Assembly: GCA_021432655.1 (NCBI GenBank)
Contig: MU271188.1
Coordinates: 115,683-179,682, forward strand
Direction of reading: 5' to 3'
Length of the DNA stretch: 64,000 nt
DNA from: Atractiella rhizophila
Taxonomy: Eukaryota
Below are positions 47,767 to 59,858 of the stretch, piece after piece. The position numbers and the translations under genes were made by a program. Positions within the stretch are counted from its first letter, which is position 1. Each line of letters begins with the position of its first letter. The notes below the pieces were generated by a model. That model was not told the origin of the DNA, did not search any database, and saw nothing but the letters and a program-made list of their open reading frames with translations.

Positions 47767-50700
47767 ATGGATCTAGAGAAGCAAAAGATGCCTGATTTGG
47801 CGCGAAGAGCAGTACAGATGACTGGATGGCCGCTCCTCCTTCTCACTTTGGAAACGCTTGGCATCATTTATGGGGACATCGGAACCTCTCCTCTTTATAC
47901 TGTCAACGCCATATTCCCGGCTGCCAACGGCCCTCCCGTTCGTCTTTCTTTCTTTCTATGGGACCGCTATAGTAGCCTCCTGACTCAATGGGTATTCCAG
48001 AGCGAAGAAGACGTCGTAGGAGGGATATCAGCCATTTTTTGGGCTTTCACTTTGGTCCCGGTTGTGAAATATTGCTTTTTCTGCCTCTACTTTGGAACGG
48101 CTGAAGGAGAAGGAGGGGCCTTTGCAGTGCGTATCTCTCGCATGGGTTTCATCACCTAGTTGACTTTTTTGGACGGATGATAGCTATTTTGCGGTCTCTA
48201 TCCAAATTTGAATCCGACCCTCTCCGATGGTGATCATGAACTCAACCTCACCATGTCCACCTATCCTACCAAAGCATCGACGAGGACGTCGAAAGAGGGA
48301 TTGCTCCATCGGTATGGATGGATCAAGTGGGTTTTGCTCACATGGGTGCGATTCCCTTCGTCCCCTCAAAACATCATGTTGACGCCAACGCTAGACACTC
48401 CTCGGAACCTCTCTCACATTGACGGATGGCATATTAACGCCAGCAATTTCAGTGGTCAGCGCCGTCCAAGGAATCGCTGTAGCCCAACCATCCGTCCTTC
48501 ACTCCGTGACCCCGATCTCAATTGCCATTCTCATCGTGCTCTTCGCCATCCAGAGACTCGGAACTGGCAGTAAGCTCAGCCTCACTTTTTTCTCACTTTT
48601 GAGATCTCAATCATCCGGGTAGGGTTGGGCAAACTATTTGGCCCTATCATCCTAATTTGGCTTGCATTGCTGGGAGGGACCGGTGAGCACTCGTTTTGAC
48701 GTGATGAGAAGGCACGGTCTGAACGTTTTGGCAGGCATCTATAACATTACTCTCCATCCCGCCATATTCCGTGCTCTCGATCCTTCGAGGGCAATCCTGT
48801 ATTTTGTGCGCACTGGAAACTTCGACGCTCTCGGTGGTATTCTTCTGTCGGTTTGTGTTTTATCTTTGACGCGAAGCGCGCAACGGTTGAAATCAAGTCA
48901 GATCACTGGTGTAGAAGCACTCTTTGCCAACCTAGGTCAATTCAACGTGGCTTCCATCCGCCTAGGACTGGTGGCCTATGCATATCCTTGCCTCCAGCTG
49001 GCGTATTTTGGACAAGGAGCTGCAATCATTTCAAACGGAGAGGACGTGATCCAACAGGTCTTCTATCGCAGTATCCCAGGTATGTTCTTTCTACATCTCC
49101 TCTCAATAGTAGTAAATCAGCGTGCGAGGTAGGTCCACGAGGTGGAGGGCTGTATTGGATCATATTCGTCTTCGCCATTTTGGCTACGATTGTGGCTTCA
49201 CAGGCGATGATTTCAGGATGCTTCTCTCTCGTACAACAACTCGTCCATATGAAAGCCAGTGTTCCTCTCCTTTCTTGCTTTCGACGTAGTAAACAAGTAC
49301 GACTCTCCAGGTTTTTCCATCGGTCAAGATCATCCACACCTCACATGTTTCTCAAGGCAAAATCTACATCCCCTCCATCAATTACATCCTCGGAATTGCA
49401 GTCATTGCTGTCGTAGGAGGATTTCAGACATCTTCCGGCCTCACGCATGCCTACGGATTTGGAATAGCAACCGTCATGCTCGTCACTACCTTCCTTGTTT
49501 CTCTACAAATCTACTTCGTCAAAGGATGGCATTGGATCTTTGCCATTGCGTTCTACGTTTTCTTCACTTTCATCGATTGTCTCTGGTTCGGATCCACCGT
49601 CACGAGTGAGTGACTTTGTGTTCTCAGAAGAACATGTCATGACCAAACGACAGAGGTTCCAAATGGCGCTTGGTTCCCTCTTGGAGCTGGATTGTTGCTC
49701 GAAAGCTTGATGCTCCTATGGTTCTGGGGAAAGACAATGGAAGCAGACTTCGATAGAAGGGGTCGCATGCGCCTGAATGCCCTCTTTTCCTTCGAAGGCG
49801 ACCGGAAGAGGACAACCGATGAGAAGTTGGACTTAGCCACCCCACAAAGCCTCCAGGATGATGAGGTACAGCCTGTCACAGACGAATTGGAAAACGAGGA
49901 GGAGGAGGGGACCAGCCACTCTACTATCGCCCAGTCTGGTCAAGCTGTTTATCTCTCTGGCCCTGATGGATCAACGGTTCTCGTTCATCGTTCCTCCTCC
50001 ATAGCTTTCTTCTACAAGGCTACTGGAGGCAAAGGAGCACCACATGCTTTCGTGCACTTTATGCGACACTACCCAACACTGCCAAAAGTCGTTGTGAGTC
50101 CCAATAGTTTAAAGAGAAGAGACCGCGTAAAATGACATGTCGTGGTGTTCAGATTTTCGTTACCATCAAGACTCTCCCCAAGGCAACCGTGCCTGATGAA
50201 GAGCGAATGAATATTAATAGGGTACCTGTCTCTCCTCTCTTTTTGGTCATAGCTAATTTGGTTGAATTGTTCCAGGTGAGAAGCTTCTCAGGTCAGTAGG
50301 CTTGTTGGATAGAGACAGACAGAGTGACAGGTAACTGACGGCGAGTCATTTGGTTAGGTTTCTACTCTGTGTCCCTATTTTTTGGCTTCAAGCAAACGGT
50401 GGACCTCTCAGTCGCATCAAACCAGATCGTTGATCGCATTACATCCATGGAAAAGGTTTTTGCTATGAATGGAGAAATTCCAGTGGATATCACTGAAGCT
50501 GGGAAAGTCAGGTTAGTCTGTTACGTTTGCATGTGACTTTATCCATAAATCGGCTGATTTTCTTTCAAAGATCTCACATCCTGCCAGGATACCGTGTTCA
50601 TGCTCGCGTGGCTCACTCTGGAAACATTTTCAGAACCGGAACACAAAGTACGTCTACGTGCCCAATTGCGTGGCTCTCTCTGATATTGGATCAGTTGCTC

Positions 50701-50828
50701 GCAAATTTTTGCTGGAAGAGCTCTATCATAGGGTCGCGGTGAACTTCCCTGAAGAAGAAGAATACTTCAACGATGCTGCCATCGGTGAAGGTGGATTGTT
50801 ACGATTGAGTATCAACGCATACTTATAA
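47767..50828 (+). CDS. HAK/KUP/KT family potassium transporter
   Basis: LGIIYGDIGTSPLYT, EGEGGAFA, DGILTPAISVVSAVQG, ITGVEALFANLGQF, ATIVASQAMISGCFS, GKIYIP, HAYG. Many exons. Confidence 0.93.
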
Positions 50829-51102
50829 CTATTTACCAAACTTAGACATGAGCTTCAGTTTAGATTGATTCAAGGGTCATGACAATCAATACATCATTGT
50901 CATGATTTGTGTACGCATCACACTTGTTCAAAAGCTCAAATTTGGGGTTCACGTCAACTTTTGTTTCGAAGTTGTAAACCATAGAAACGGATTGTTACGT
51001 CAGTGCTTGCAGGGTTGACAAAATGTTGAAATTAAAGTCAGATGTTTCTGTCTTCCTACATACACATGCAAATGTTGTACAAAGTTGAAATGGTTTTCAT
51101 GC

Positions 51103-54100
51103 TCATGCCTAGATTTGGATCCCTTCAGACAAAACGAGATGGAAAGAAAGGGTGAACGAACCAGGTATTTCAACTTCTTGCTATCGTTCTCGTCCCGCTC
51201 CAAATATTCCTTCTCGATTAGCTTCTCGACGCAAAGCTTTATGGTCCTAGGCTGCACTTGAAATCTTGACGCTAATTGACGCGTGACTTCGGTGACTAGA
51301 TCATTGTGAGCAAAGATTCTTCGATTTTTCATCACTCGGACGATAGCCGCCTGCAGAACATTCGTGAGCGGAGCGGAATGAGAAATTGATAACTCACTTC
51401 GGTAACGAGCTTCCTTTCCTCCTCAACCTTATGCAACGTCTCTTTTCGCTCTTCACCAGTCTCGACCTTGTTGACAATGTTTTGGATTTTGATCCTGTGA
51501 GTTTCACTCTTGAATCCGTAGTTGAAAGCGAACTTATCGCCCTCGTTCACTTCTCTCCCTTTCGGCGACTTGATTAGGATTTTGAACTTGCCATTGGCGA
51601 GACTCTGAAGCATTCGCTTGAGGTCTGATGCCGGAACGGAAGTTGTCCTGGCGATTTCCTGACCGCTTTGTCAACGAAAGGGAATTTCGATTGCGCACAA
51701 ACTCACCTCAAAAGATAAATCCACATCCTCCTCTAGTCCGTCAAACAATAATACTATCGCTGCCCCTACAGTGGGTAGATTCACCTCGTGCGGCTTCGAT
51801 TTGAACCTGATCTTCACATCCACCGTCCCAAACTGAGTAAACCATGTAAGTTTTCTGCCGCTGTGTCGGTTCTTGTAATAGTTTTCGAATTGCTCGATGC
51901 ATGTTAAAAACTGTTGAGGGAGTTGACAAGGGGTAGGATCCGTATTGAGCGGCCAGAATGACGAGGTAAGAACTTGCATGGAGAGCTCCATCGGCGCTTT
52001 CTGAGAAGGCGCTCCCCTTTTCGAGCCATCTGTGGACTGTTTTGCAACAAATTTCTTATAGTCATGGCTGAGATCAACGCTCGACTTCATGTCCTTCAGC
52101 ATGCCTTCAAGATCTCTTGTGAACTGTGCCCCACTTTCCACCTTAAGTTTAGAAAGGATTTGGCGCTCAGCATCGTCTGAGGCCGATCGCTGGAACATCA
52201 GCCGTTTTGCGAGATGTTTCTTGTAATACTTTTCGAATACGTCTTTGTTTGAGAGATAACGGAAGAGAAGGAGGGCTTTCTCCAGTGCGGCTTCGATCTC
52301 GCCTTCGGATTTCTGTGGATTCCTTCAGCAACAGAGGCAAAGCTGCAATAGGGAACTGACGGTCTTGACACCCTTACGAAGATTGTCATCTAAATACAAT
52401 GAAATGAACTCCGGCGACTTTGGATTTTGATTGATGAAGGTTTCGAACGCCTGCAATTCTTTGGTCAGCTTGAACTCCAAGCACATGGAGAAGACGAACA
52501 TCGTCAATCGCCTTCAAAAACAGCTTATCCTCTTTCCACGCTTGTTTCCAAATTCTGTTGAAGCGATCCTTCAGATCAAGTACGTTCTTCACCCAGAGCA
52601 GAGCCGCATTGTTGCCCGGACCGGCTGCTGCCTCTGCACCTTCTGCCGCCTTTCCTTTCCCTTTGACTCGTGAGCTCATCGTGGCGTCTCCGTCTGCATC
52701 GACTGAAGGGACATTCGCAGGGTCTACACCTTCGTTTATCTTCTTGCCCGTCTCCTTCAGGAAAGCTTTGACGCCATCTCTCAGAGCAGGAGGTCCCTCG
52801 CCGGGAATTCGGCTGAAGAGTCGATACAATCGCTCAAGATCAAACATTCTGTCCTGCTCCAACATCTGCGGGAGACCAAGTTGAGGGTGATTGAGGATCT
52901 CGTCCCGATGCACAGTGAGGAGAACGTTATCGAGCAAGCTTGTAAGAGGTGCGAGAGTGACCGGTTGAAGATACTGGAGGCAACGTTGCTCTTCCTCCTT
53001 CAGCCGCGTCTCTATCTTCTTCAAATAGTCGCTCCCGTTGCATCCAGTAATCAAACGAGTCCCCTCATCTTCATACCACTCCCTCGTCTCCTGCAAAAAT
53101 AGGCCCTCGAACTCGCGTTTGTAAACACTATCACCATCGAGCGCCACCGCGCCAGGCGTTGGCTCAGCGCTTGAGTAGAGGAAGTGAGAGCTAGATGATT
53201 GTTGGTTCTTGGGCTGGACGGGCACAGGACGACCATCAATCAGGTCTGAGAGCATATCAGTTGTGCTCTTAAGAGTGTGTCGAGTAAGCGAAATCCCAGC
53301 CGTCGAAGTTGACGGACCTGCATCCGCGAAAGTGGTCGGTGAAGAAATAGCAGGAGCGGTCCAGGTACGTTCGAAACGGATGAGCATGAGGAGGGTGGTG
53401 AGTAGGTGATACTGGACCGTGCTGGCGTAGTCCCGACCGGAACACTCTGAAGAAAACTTCTTTGGCGGTAAAGAACGGCCCGCAGATGTGCTTGTGTTCG
53501 ACCTTGATGTGCTTGCATTGTTCACGTAGAATTGTCGCTGGCTGTTCCTGCTTGCATCGGGGTTGTCGATGCTGAGAGGAATGACGGCTTCGATCTTTGG
53601 ATAGTGAACGACGGCTTCGAGAAAGTGTTTGAGACCCAAATCCCACACGGTGAGGGAGGATGAAGAAGGTGCATAAACTTTATCCTACGCAAGTCCGTCA
53701 GCCCATTAGCCGAACACCTTTGAGGAAAGAATATGTGGATTGTCTCAGCGAAATGATAAAGTGATTTCATCAGAGGAAATGTAAAACAGACGTTTTGTGA
53801 TCTGAAGTTATTCTGAATTCCAGCGAACCAACAGAAGGACAAGCCAACTGAACGTGGCAGATGATAAACGGCGACCATGAGACAACGTGAACTGCTTTCT
53901 CCTGAGTAGCTGGCCTTACTGTGTCTTGTGATCATCAAAAGAGATTCGTTCATAATGGCCGATCTCATCACCAAGCACTTTAGGATTTAGGTAGATTGCG
54001 ATAGTATGAACATCATGAAAAGCGCCAAACATTCGTAGGGTACCGACGCAAACGACGAGTCCAAATTGCGCGGAAGATTATCCGGCATCCAAATATTGAA

Positions 54101-55106
54101 GAAGGAAGCGTTGTCAAAATGATAACGGTCTCCCACATATGAGGTGGTTGATGCATGAATGTGGTAGCATAATCTGTGAACTACTTTTGACCATGCCTGA
54201 CCTTTTAAATAGTTCCTCCATGCGTTTGTCGCGTCATGATAGAATGACTTGAGCACACTGTCTCATCAAGAACCACCTCAATCGTGCCGTTGACGTATTA
54301 TACCGCCACATCCTTTCATCTTCTTGAATATTGACGTGCAATGGTGCTATTACGGCGTAACGAGAGTTCAAGAAGAGAAAGAGCAAGCAGCATCACCGAA
54401 CATGCCGTTGTGGCACAAAAGAATTACGTTGGCTGAGGCAAATAAGAAACAGAATTCCTGGGTCGATCTACGGATATCAATTGTAGATAAAGCAATAAAT
54501 GCCTCCAGGGTCATACCCAGAGCAGGACTCAACATATCGTGCATGCAGTTCTTGCCTCGTCTTTCCAACAATGTCCAACAATCAAGAGGACAGAACGACT
54601 CACCATATACTTCAACACGTCTCTCAACTTCTTCATCGTCGCCAAATGATCGTCCCACACCTCTCTGACCACCTTCAAAAACCTTTCACCAGCCTTAGTC
54701 TTCCCCCACTCCTCTCCCCTCTCCGCACTTCCACCAGCCGTCCTCGTCCCTCCAACCTCATTCAGCTCTCTCATGACGCCGTCGATCTTCTCCTTCACCT
54801 GACGCAACAGGTGCTGTTGAACCAAATCGGACACGCCTTTGTGGAGCACGTCCCCCTTCTTTGCGAGGACGAGGGCGTAAGCGTGTCTGTAGTGCTCTTC
54901 GAAGGACAGGGAGGAGGCGTTGTGCGCTTGGATGGATAGGATGGCGCTGGACAGTTTGCGCATCACATCTTCGGTCGGATCCTGTCTCTGAGCTCCCAAT
55001 CCCAGAGTGAGATGAGGCTTGGGCACAACGAGAAACGTACCTGTCGGGGTGGCTTGATCTTCTGCCTGGGAGTTGGCTTGCGTGCTGAGTTGGACGTGGA
55101 TGCCAT
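51103..55106 (-). CDS. CUL3: Cullin-3
   Basis: HNASSLSFEEHYRHAY.LVL, LRDVLKYM^DKVY, SPEFISLYLDDNLRKGVK, FRYLSNKDVFEKYYKKHLAKRL, LEGMLKDM, HSGRKLTW, neddylation motif AAIVRVMK, LIEKEYLER..YLA*. Confidence 0.93.
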
Positions 55107-56130
55107 GGCGAAGGTGGCGGTAGTGGTACAGGTGAAGGAGAGCTGATCAAAAGGAGATGACTTTATTTCGTGGGCACTGGGCACTTTGAAGTGAAGGGGT
55201 CACGGTAGGCGTACAGCACCGACGCAACGGACGTGAATGACATCTCTTCACGTGATAGGACTTCAATGGTGACCTCGAATTCGATAAAGCTGAGTGCAGA
55301 AAATGCAGAAGGTGAGCTAACGGTCTATTCAAGTCGTTGTTAGGAACGAAATGGGCTAGTTTGTGAGAGTTTTCCTTCCAAGTTCAAAACGCCTGCTTCT
55401 TGTACCTCTTTCTTACGTTCAAGTTGTTTGTACCAAGTTTTGGTCTCAAGTATTTCGCACTAATTGGAGGTCACATACGTAAATGATACGAAAAGAAGAT
55501 GGAGTCTTTGCCCTTCTCTAAACGGAAATTCTAGTTGTCAAAGCCCAGCAGTTTCCCACTTCCGCTCGCTCAACGATGAACTTCAGTTGAACACAGATGA
55601 TACAGAATACCGTGCCAGCGGGATACTGAGTGCAACAATCTTTGATTACAAACGTAATTTCTTGCTTCAGCCGGATCGGAAAACGCTGGAAAATCGCGCA
55701 GCCAAATTTTCTCATCCAACTTAGCTCGTTGAGCTGGTTGAACTCCGTCGCGATTTTCGTTGCACCAGGCCCTTGTAACCGAATGGGACTTCGTAAAAGC
55801 GGTACCGCAAAAGTCCCACAGTGTATGACCATGCTGGAAAGCCGGCCATCGCTTCAAGTTGATCCGCTGGTAGTTTGGGTGCTTGTCTCTTTACGCTTAC
55901 GACGGATTCATGAAGCCTTGGTCTAGCTTGGCAAGAGGCATTTTCAGAGCTTTTCTACTCGACTTCAACTTCTAGCCCTTTTGGTTTGCCTTTGGCTGCA
56001 TTCATTCATACAGTCATTTATAGGACTGGCAGCTAACAGCTACAGTTTCGACCCCTTTGCGTGTTTACGTCCCTGGTAATTTCTTTCTGCTTGTCGGTTT
56101 CGGTTTCCAAGACAAGAAAGATCTACTGTT

Positions 56131-56958
56131 ATGGCCGCCCCGTCTCCCATCCTCATAACCTCTACAAGTCACTCCTCCTCCCCGAAGTCTCCAGGAGCGA
56201 AAATACATTTTGCGGAGCTGCCGCGACCCAGAGCGGCGAGCGACCTTGCTGGCGATGTCTCTCTGTCCCCCATCGGGAGTTCAGAATGGCAAGGAGAAGG
56301 GAGCCAGATGACCCGCGTCTCTTCAGAGCCCACGACGACTACTATGACTGAGACCAGGAATGGGAGGAATGGAAAGAGAGGACACAGTCTGAAGAGCCTC
56401 TTCATCGGCGCGGGCGACCACTGGCGGAAAAGCGACTCTTGCTCTGAACAGTCCGACATCGAATCGTCCTCGCTCTCTCCCACCAACTCGTCATCCCCCA
56501 TCTCTCCTACCACCGCCGTCGGCACTCTCAAGTCTCCAACTTCTCGATCTAAGTATCCGCCGGTCGCACAGGCGAAGAAGCGAGCACATGCGGCGTCTGG
56601 TGCTCCGATGCCGATGAAACGGTTTGGTGGATCGGGGGGGTCAGGTTCGGAGAGGGAGGGAGAGGTGGAGTTTGTGGAGTGGGATTTCGGTGGGAAGAAG
56701 GGGAAGAATGCATTGAAGATGGACATGGGTGACGAGGTGGAGGAAGAAGATGGGAGCGGGATGGCATGGTTGAAGAAGAGGAGGATGGAAAGGGAGAAAG
56801 CGCAACGGGAGGCCACCTCCCTTTCTTCCTCGGCTAGCGAGGACGAGACTACTTCTCCACAATATGAGTCTCAGAACCTCTACCATAATCTCAAACCGAA
56901 GCGAACGAACACTATGCAGAGCACGTCGTCTGATACGACGATACGAAATATTCAATAA
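56131..56958 (+). CDS. Hypothetical S-rich protein (275 aa)
   Basis: Intronless ATG ORF with short conserved-looking blocks EFVEW and EEDGSGMAWLKKRR; function unknown. Confidence 0.65.
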   Translation: MAAPSPILITSTSHSSSPKSPGAKIHFAELPRPRAASDLAGDVSLSPIGSSEWQGEGSQMTRVSSEPTTTTMTETRNGRNGKRGHSLKSLFIGAGDHWRKSDSCSEQSDIESSSLSPTNSSSPISPTTAVGTLKSPTSRSKYPPVAQAKKRAHAASGAPMPMKRFGGSGGSGSEREGEVEFVEWDFGGKKGKNALKMDMGDEVEEEDGSGMAWLKKRRMEREKAQREATSLSSSASEDETTSPQYESQNLYHNLKPKRTNTMQSTSSDTTIRNIQ

Positions 56959-57344
56959 ACTCTCCAGGTGCACTTCCTTCGTCGTTCCTCTTCATTCTCA
57001 GACTAACATTATCGATTTACAGTAAGATTATAGGGTTTTAGGGAACAAATTCTCGTCAGTCAAAATGTATAACACTCGTGTTTCATGTACGATATCTGAA
57101 TATTGCAAGTTTCATCGGAAGGGCAATGAAGGGTTCTGTGGGTGCGATATTGCTTACCAAGATATGCGGAATGTATGACTATATTGCCTTAAACGCTGCT
57201 ATCATAAACTTGCATAAGTTCACAGAAAGCCCGGTTGTGGATGCAGGGGGGTTGCCAAATCACGTTTCTTGAAAGATGGTTCGTTGCGGTAAACACCTTT
57301 CAAATTAGAAGCGAAGACAACCAACTTCGAGAATTCAGAGTCGG

Positions 57345-59500
57345 ATGGATCAGCTTTCTAAGGATGACCTGAGGGAGCACGAGTCCCTGTCCCGCCCCAT
57401 GCCACCCCCACGCAGGAACCAGCTCTGTCGCTACCTCCTCATACCTTCCGTCTGCCTTGCACTCTTCGTCTACCTCATTTTGCCTACCAACCGACTGCTC
57501 GTTCCGTCACGTCCTAGTCTTACGCTGCACCAGCCAACTCGCACTGCAGTTGCCCCAGTTGCAGATGCACCATTTCCAAGTGGAACGGGGTTCCCAGGGC
57601 CGACTCCTAGTCTGTTTTCACTTTCTTCCTTTCCCGCTGCTGGCTCACTGGCGCCACGCAAACAGCTGGAATTGAACCGTCCCTAGTCAATCTGGCATAC
57701 CCACTCCAGCAGGACGTCTTTCCCCTCGTCCGTCCTCGAGCCAAGGACTCCAATGCAGTGAGTATATCGTCTCCGTCTCCTTCCCACAAAGTCACAGTCA
57801 AACAGTCATCCACTTTCGACATCGCCAAACACTGGGGAAACCTCTCACCCTTCTACTCCGTCCCTCAATCATTCCCTGGGTCTGAAAGCGTGGAGAATGC
57901 TAGCCCATCCATCCCTCACGCTTGCAAACTGAAACAGGTCTGTGCTCTTTCCAGCTCTTCTGCTCTCCAGGCACTCACTGAAAGCATGTGATGGCTCAGG
58001 TCCACATCCTCCACCGACATGGAGCGCGATATCCCACTTCGTATTCAGGGCCCGAGAACTTTGCTCTAAAGCTGGCACGGCACCTTCCCAACCTCAAAAC
58101 CAGTGGAGACCTCTCCTTCCTCCCCAGTTGGCGCTACACGCTCGGAGCAGAGATCCTCACACCGTTCGGACGAAATCAACTCTTCCAGCTAGGGGTGGGT
58201 ATGAGGCAGAAATACGGCTACATGCTCTCTCAAGGCTCAGAGGAGGAACGAAAAGGGAACAAGCTTGTCTTCCGCACCACCTCCCAAGATAGGATGCTTA
58301 AATCCGCCCTCAATTTTGCCGCTGGGTTTTGGGGTATACCTTTCGAGGAACAGTATGATCAGTTGGCGATGATTGAGGCGCCGGGGTTCAATTGCACCCT
58401 TGCACCATATAAAACGTGCGGACATGCCACGGACAGGGTAAGCAAGCTGTATGAGCGGCCGCTGCAGGAATGGATTGGCATTTACCTCAAAGACGCTCGC
58501 AACCGCTTGCAGAGCATGACAGAAGGAATGGAGTGGACGACGCAGGATGTGTTTGATGCTCAGACCGTGTGTCCTTACGAAGTATGTGCACCGTTCCTTG
58601 ACATCCTCGTTGTGTGATCAGGAAAAGCTGATGACTGGTGCTGAGTAGGTGGTAGCCTTAGGAGCGAGTTCTTTCTGCTCCATCTTCACGGAGGAAGAAT
58701 GGAGAGGTTCGGTCTCTTCTCTCATCTCGCTTTTCTTGAGCTCACATTCATGACCAGGTTTCGATTACGCCTGGGACATTTATTTCTGGTATGCTACCGG
58801 TCATGGTGCTCCCACCTCGGCTGCTGTCGGAATAGGATGGGTCCAAGAGCTCGTCTCCCGACTGGTTCGTCCTCCCTCACTCTCCTTGTCGTTAGCAACC
58901 TTCTAACCGCGTGTTAAAGACGAAAGAACCGATCCAGACGCACAACTCCTCCACCAACGCGACCTACCACACGCCTCAACTTTTCCCTCTCAACCAACCA
59001 ATCTATGTCGATGCGACCCACGATTCTGTCTTCCCTCCCATACTGACCGCACTCAATTTCACCCTTTTCTCTCGCGGAGGTCCTCTTCCTTCTACCCACA
59101 TACCCCCTCCAGAGAAGAGGTCGTATGTGACCACGAGGGTAGCTCCCTTTGCAGCCAATCTCCAAATTCAGGTCATGACTTGTGAGGACGATGCAAACGA
59201 GCAAAGGGATGGCAGAGAAAAGGAAGACGTAGTTAGGTTCATTTTGAACGATGCCGTCCTCCCTCTTGAGGATATCAAGGGATGTGCATCGGACGAAGAA
59301 GGGAGATGTAAACTGGAGACGGTAGTGAGCGCTCTGAAGGAGAGGATACAGGAGGTTGACTTTGCTGAGGACGTGAGTCGTCCCCCTCTCTTCTCTTTCC
59401 TCGTTCTGAAGTGCTGAATGTTGTCCTGGTCTTTTTGTAGTGTTTTGGGGATTATCGATATGACACCAATATCACGACTGGTCGTCCAGAGCCTCGCTAG
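57345..59500 (+). CDS. Histidine acid phosphatase / phytase-like protein with an N-terminal membrane anchor
   Basis: WGNLSPFYS, LHRHGARYPT (RHGxRxP), SQDRMLKSA, catalytic HD in VDATHDS, VRFILND. Confidence 0.92.
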
Positions 59501-59858
59501 TTCACGATTCTTCAAGATTGGATACAAAGGAAGGCATGAGATTGTCGGTCGTGGATAAACAGATATCAATGCATGAGGTGCTAATTTTATGGTCAATGAT
59601 CCTATGAATGAGAAACGATGAGCCTTGGATGAGCACAGAACGGAACTCTGCACATAGCAAGTAGTTTCAAAAAGTTAATTCCGAAATAGGGAAAATAAAT
59701 TTAAAAACGACAGAGAAGACAAGGGGCAAAGTGAAAAGGAGAGGCTCCATTAAAAGACGACCGTCTAGGTTCTATGAGATCATAAAGTGGTATGGACACG
59801 AAGTCTATTCACAAATATTCCGCTGAAAATTCCTATCCATACCACACCATGGCGCGCA

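Noticed and set aside
53960..54000. CCTAAATCCTAAA (minus strand) as a telomerase RNA template
   Set aside because: It does not match a 1.5x TTAGGG template, and no adjacent pseudoknot was identified.
53522..54668. Short ORFs inside the CUL3 long intron as a nested gene
   Set aside because: No recognisable domain or coherent exon chain.
44026..55255. Three TCACGTGA palindromes (44026, 47072, 55248) upstream of genes
   Set aside because: About one is expected by chance in 64 kb, and the flanking genes share no obvious regulon.
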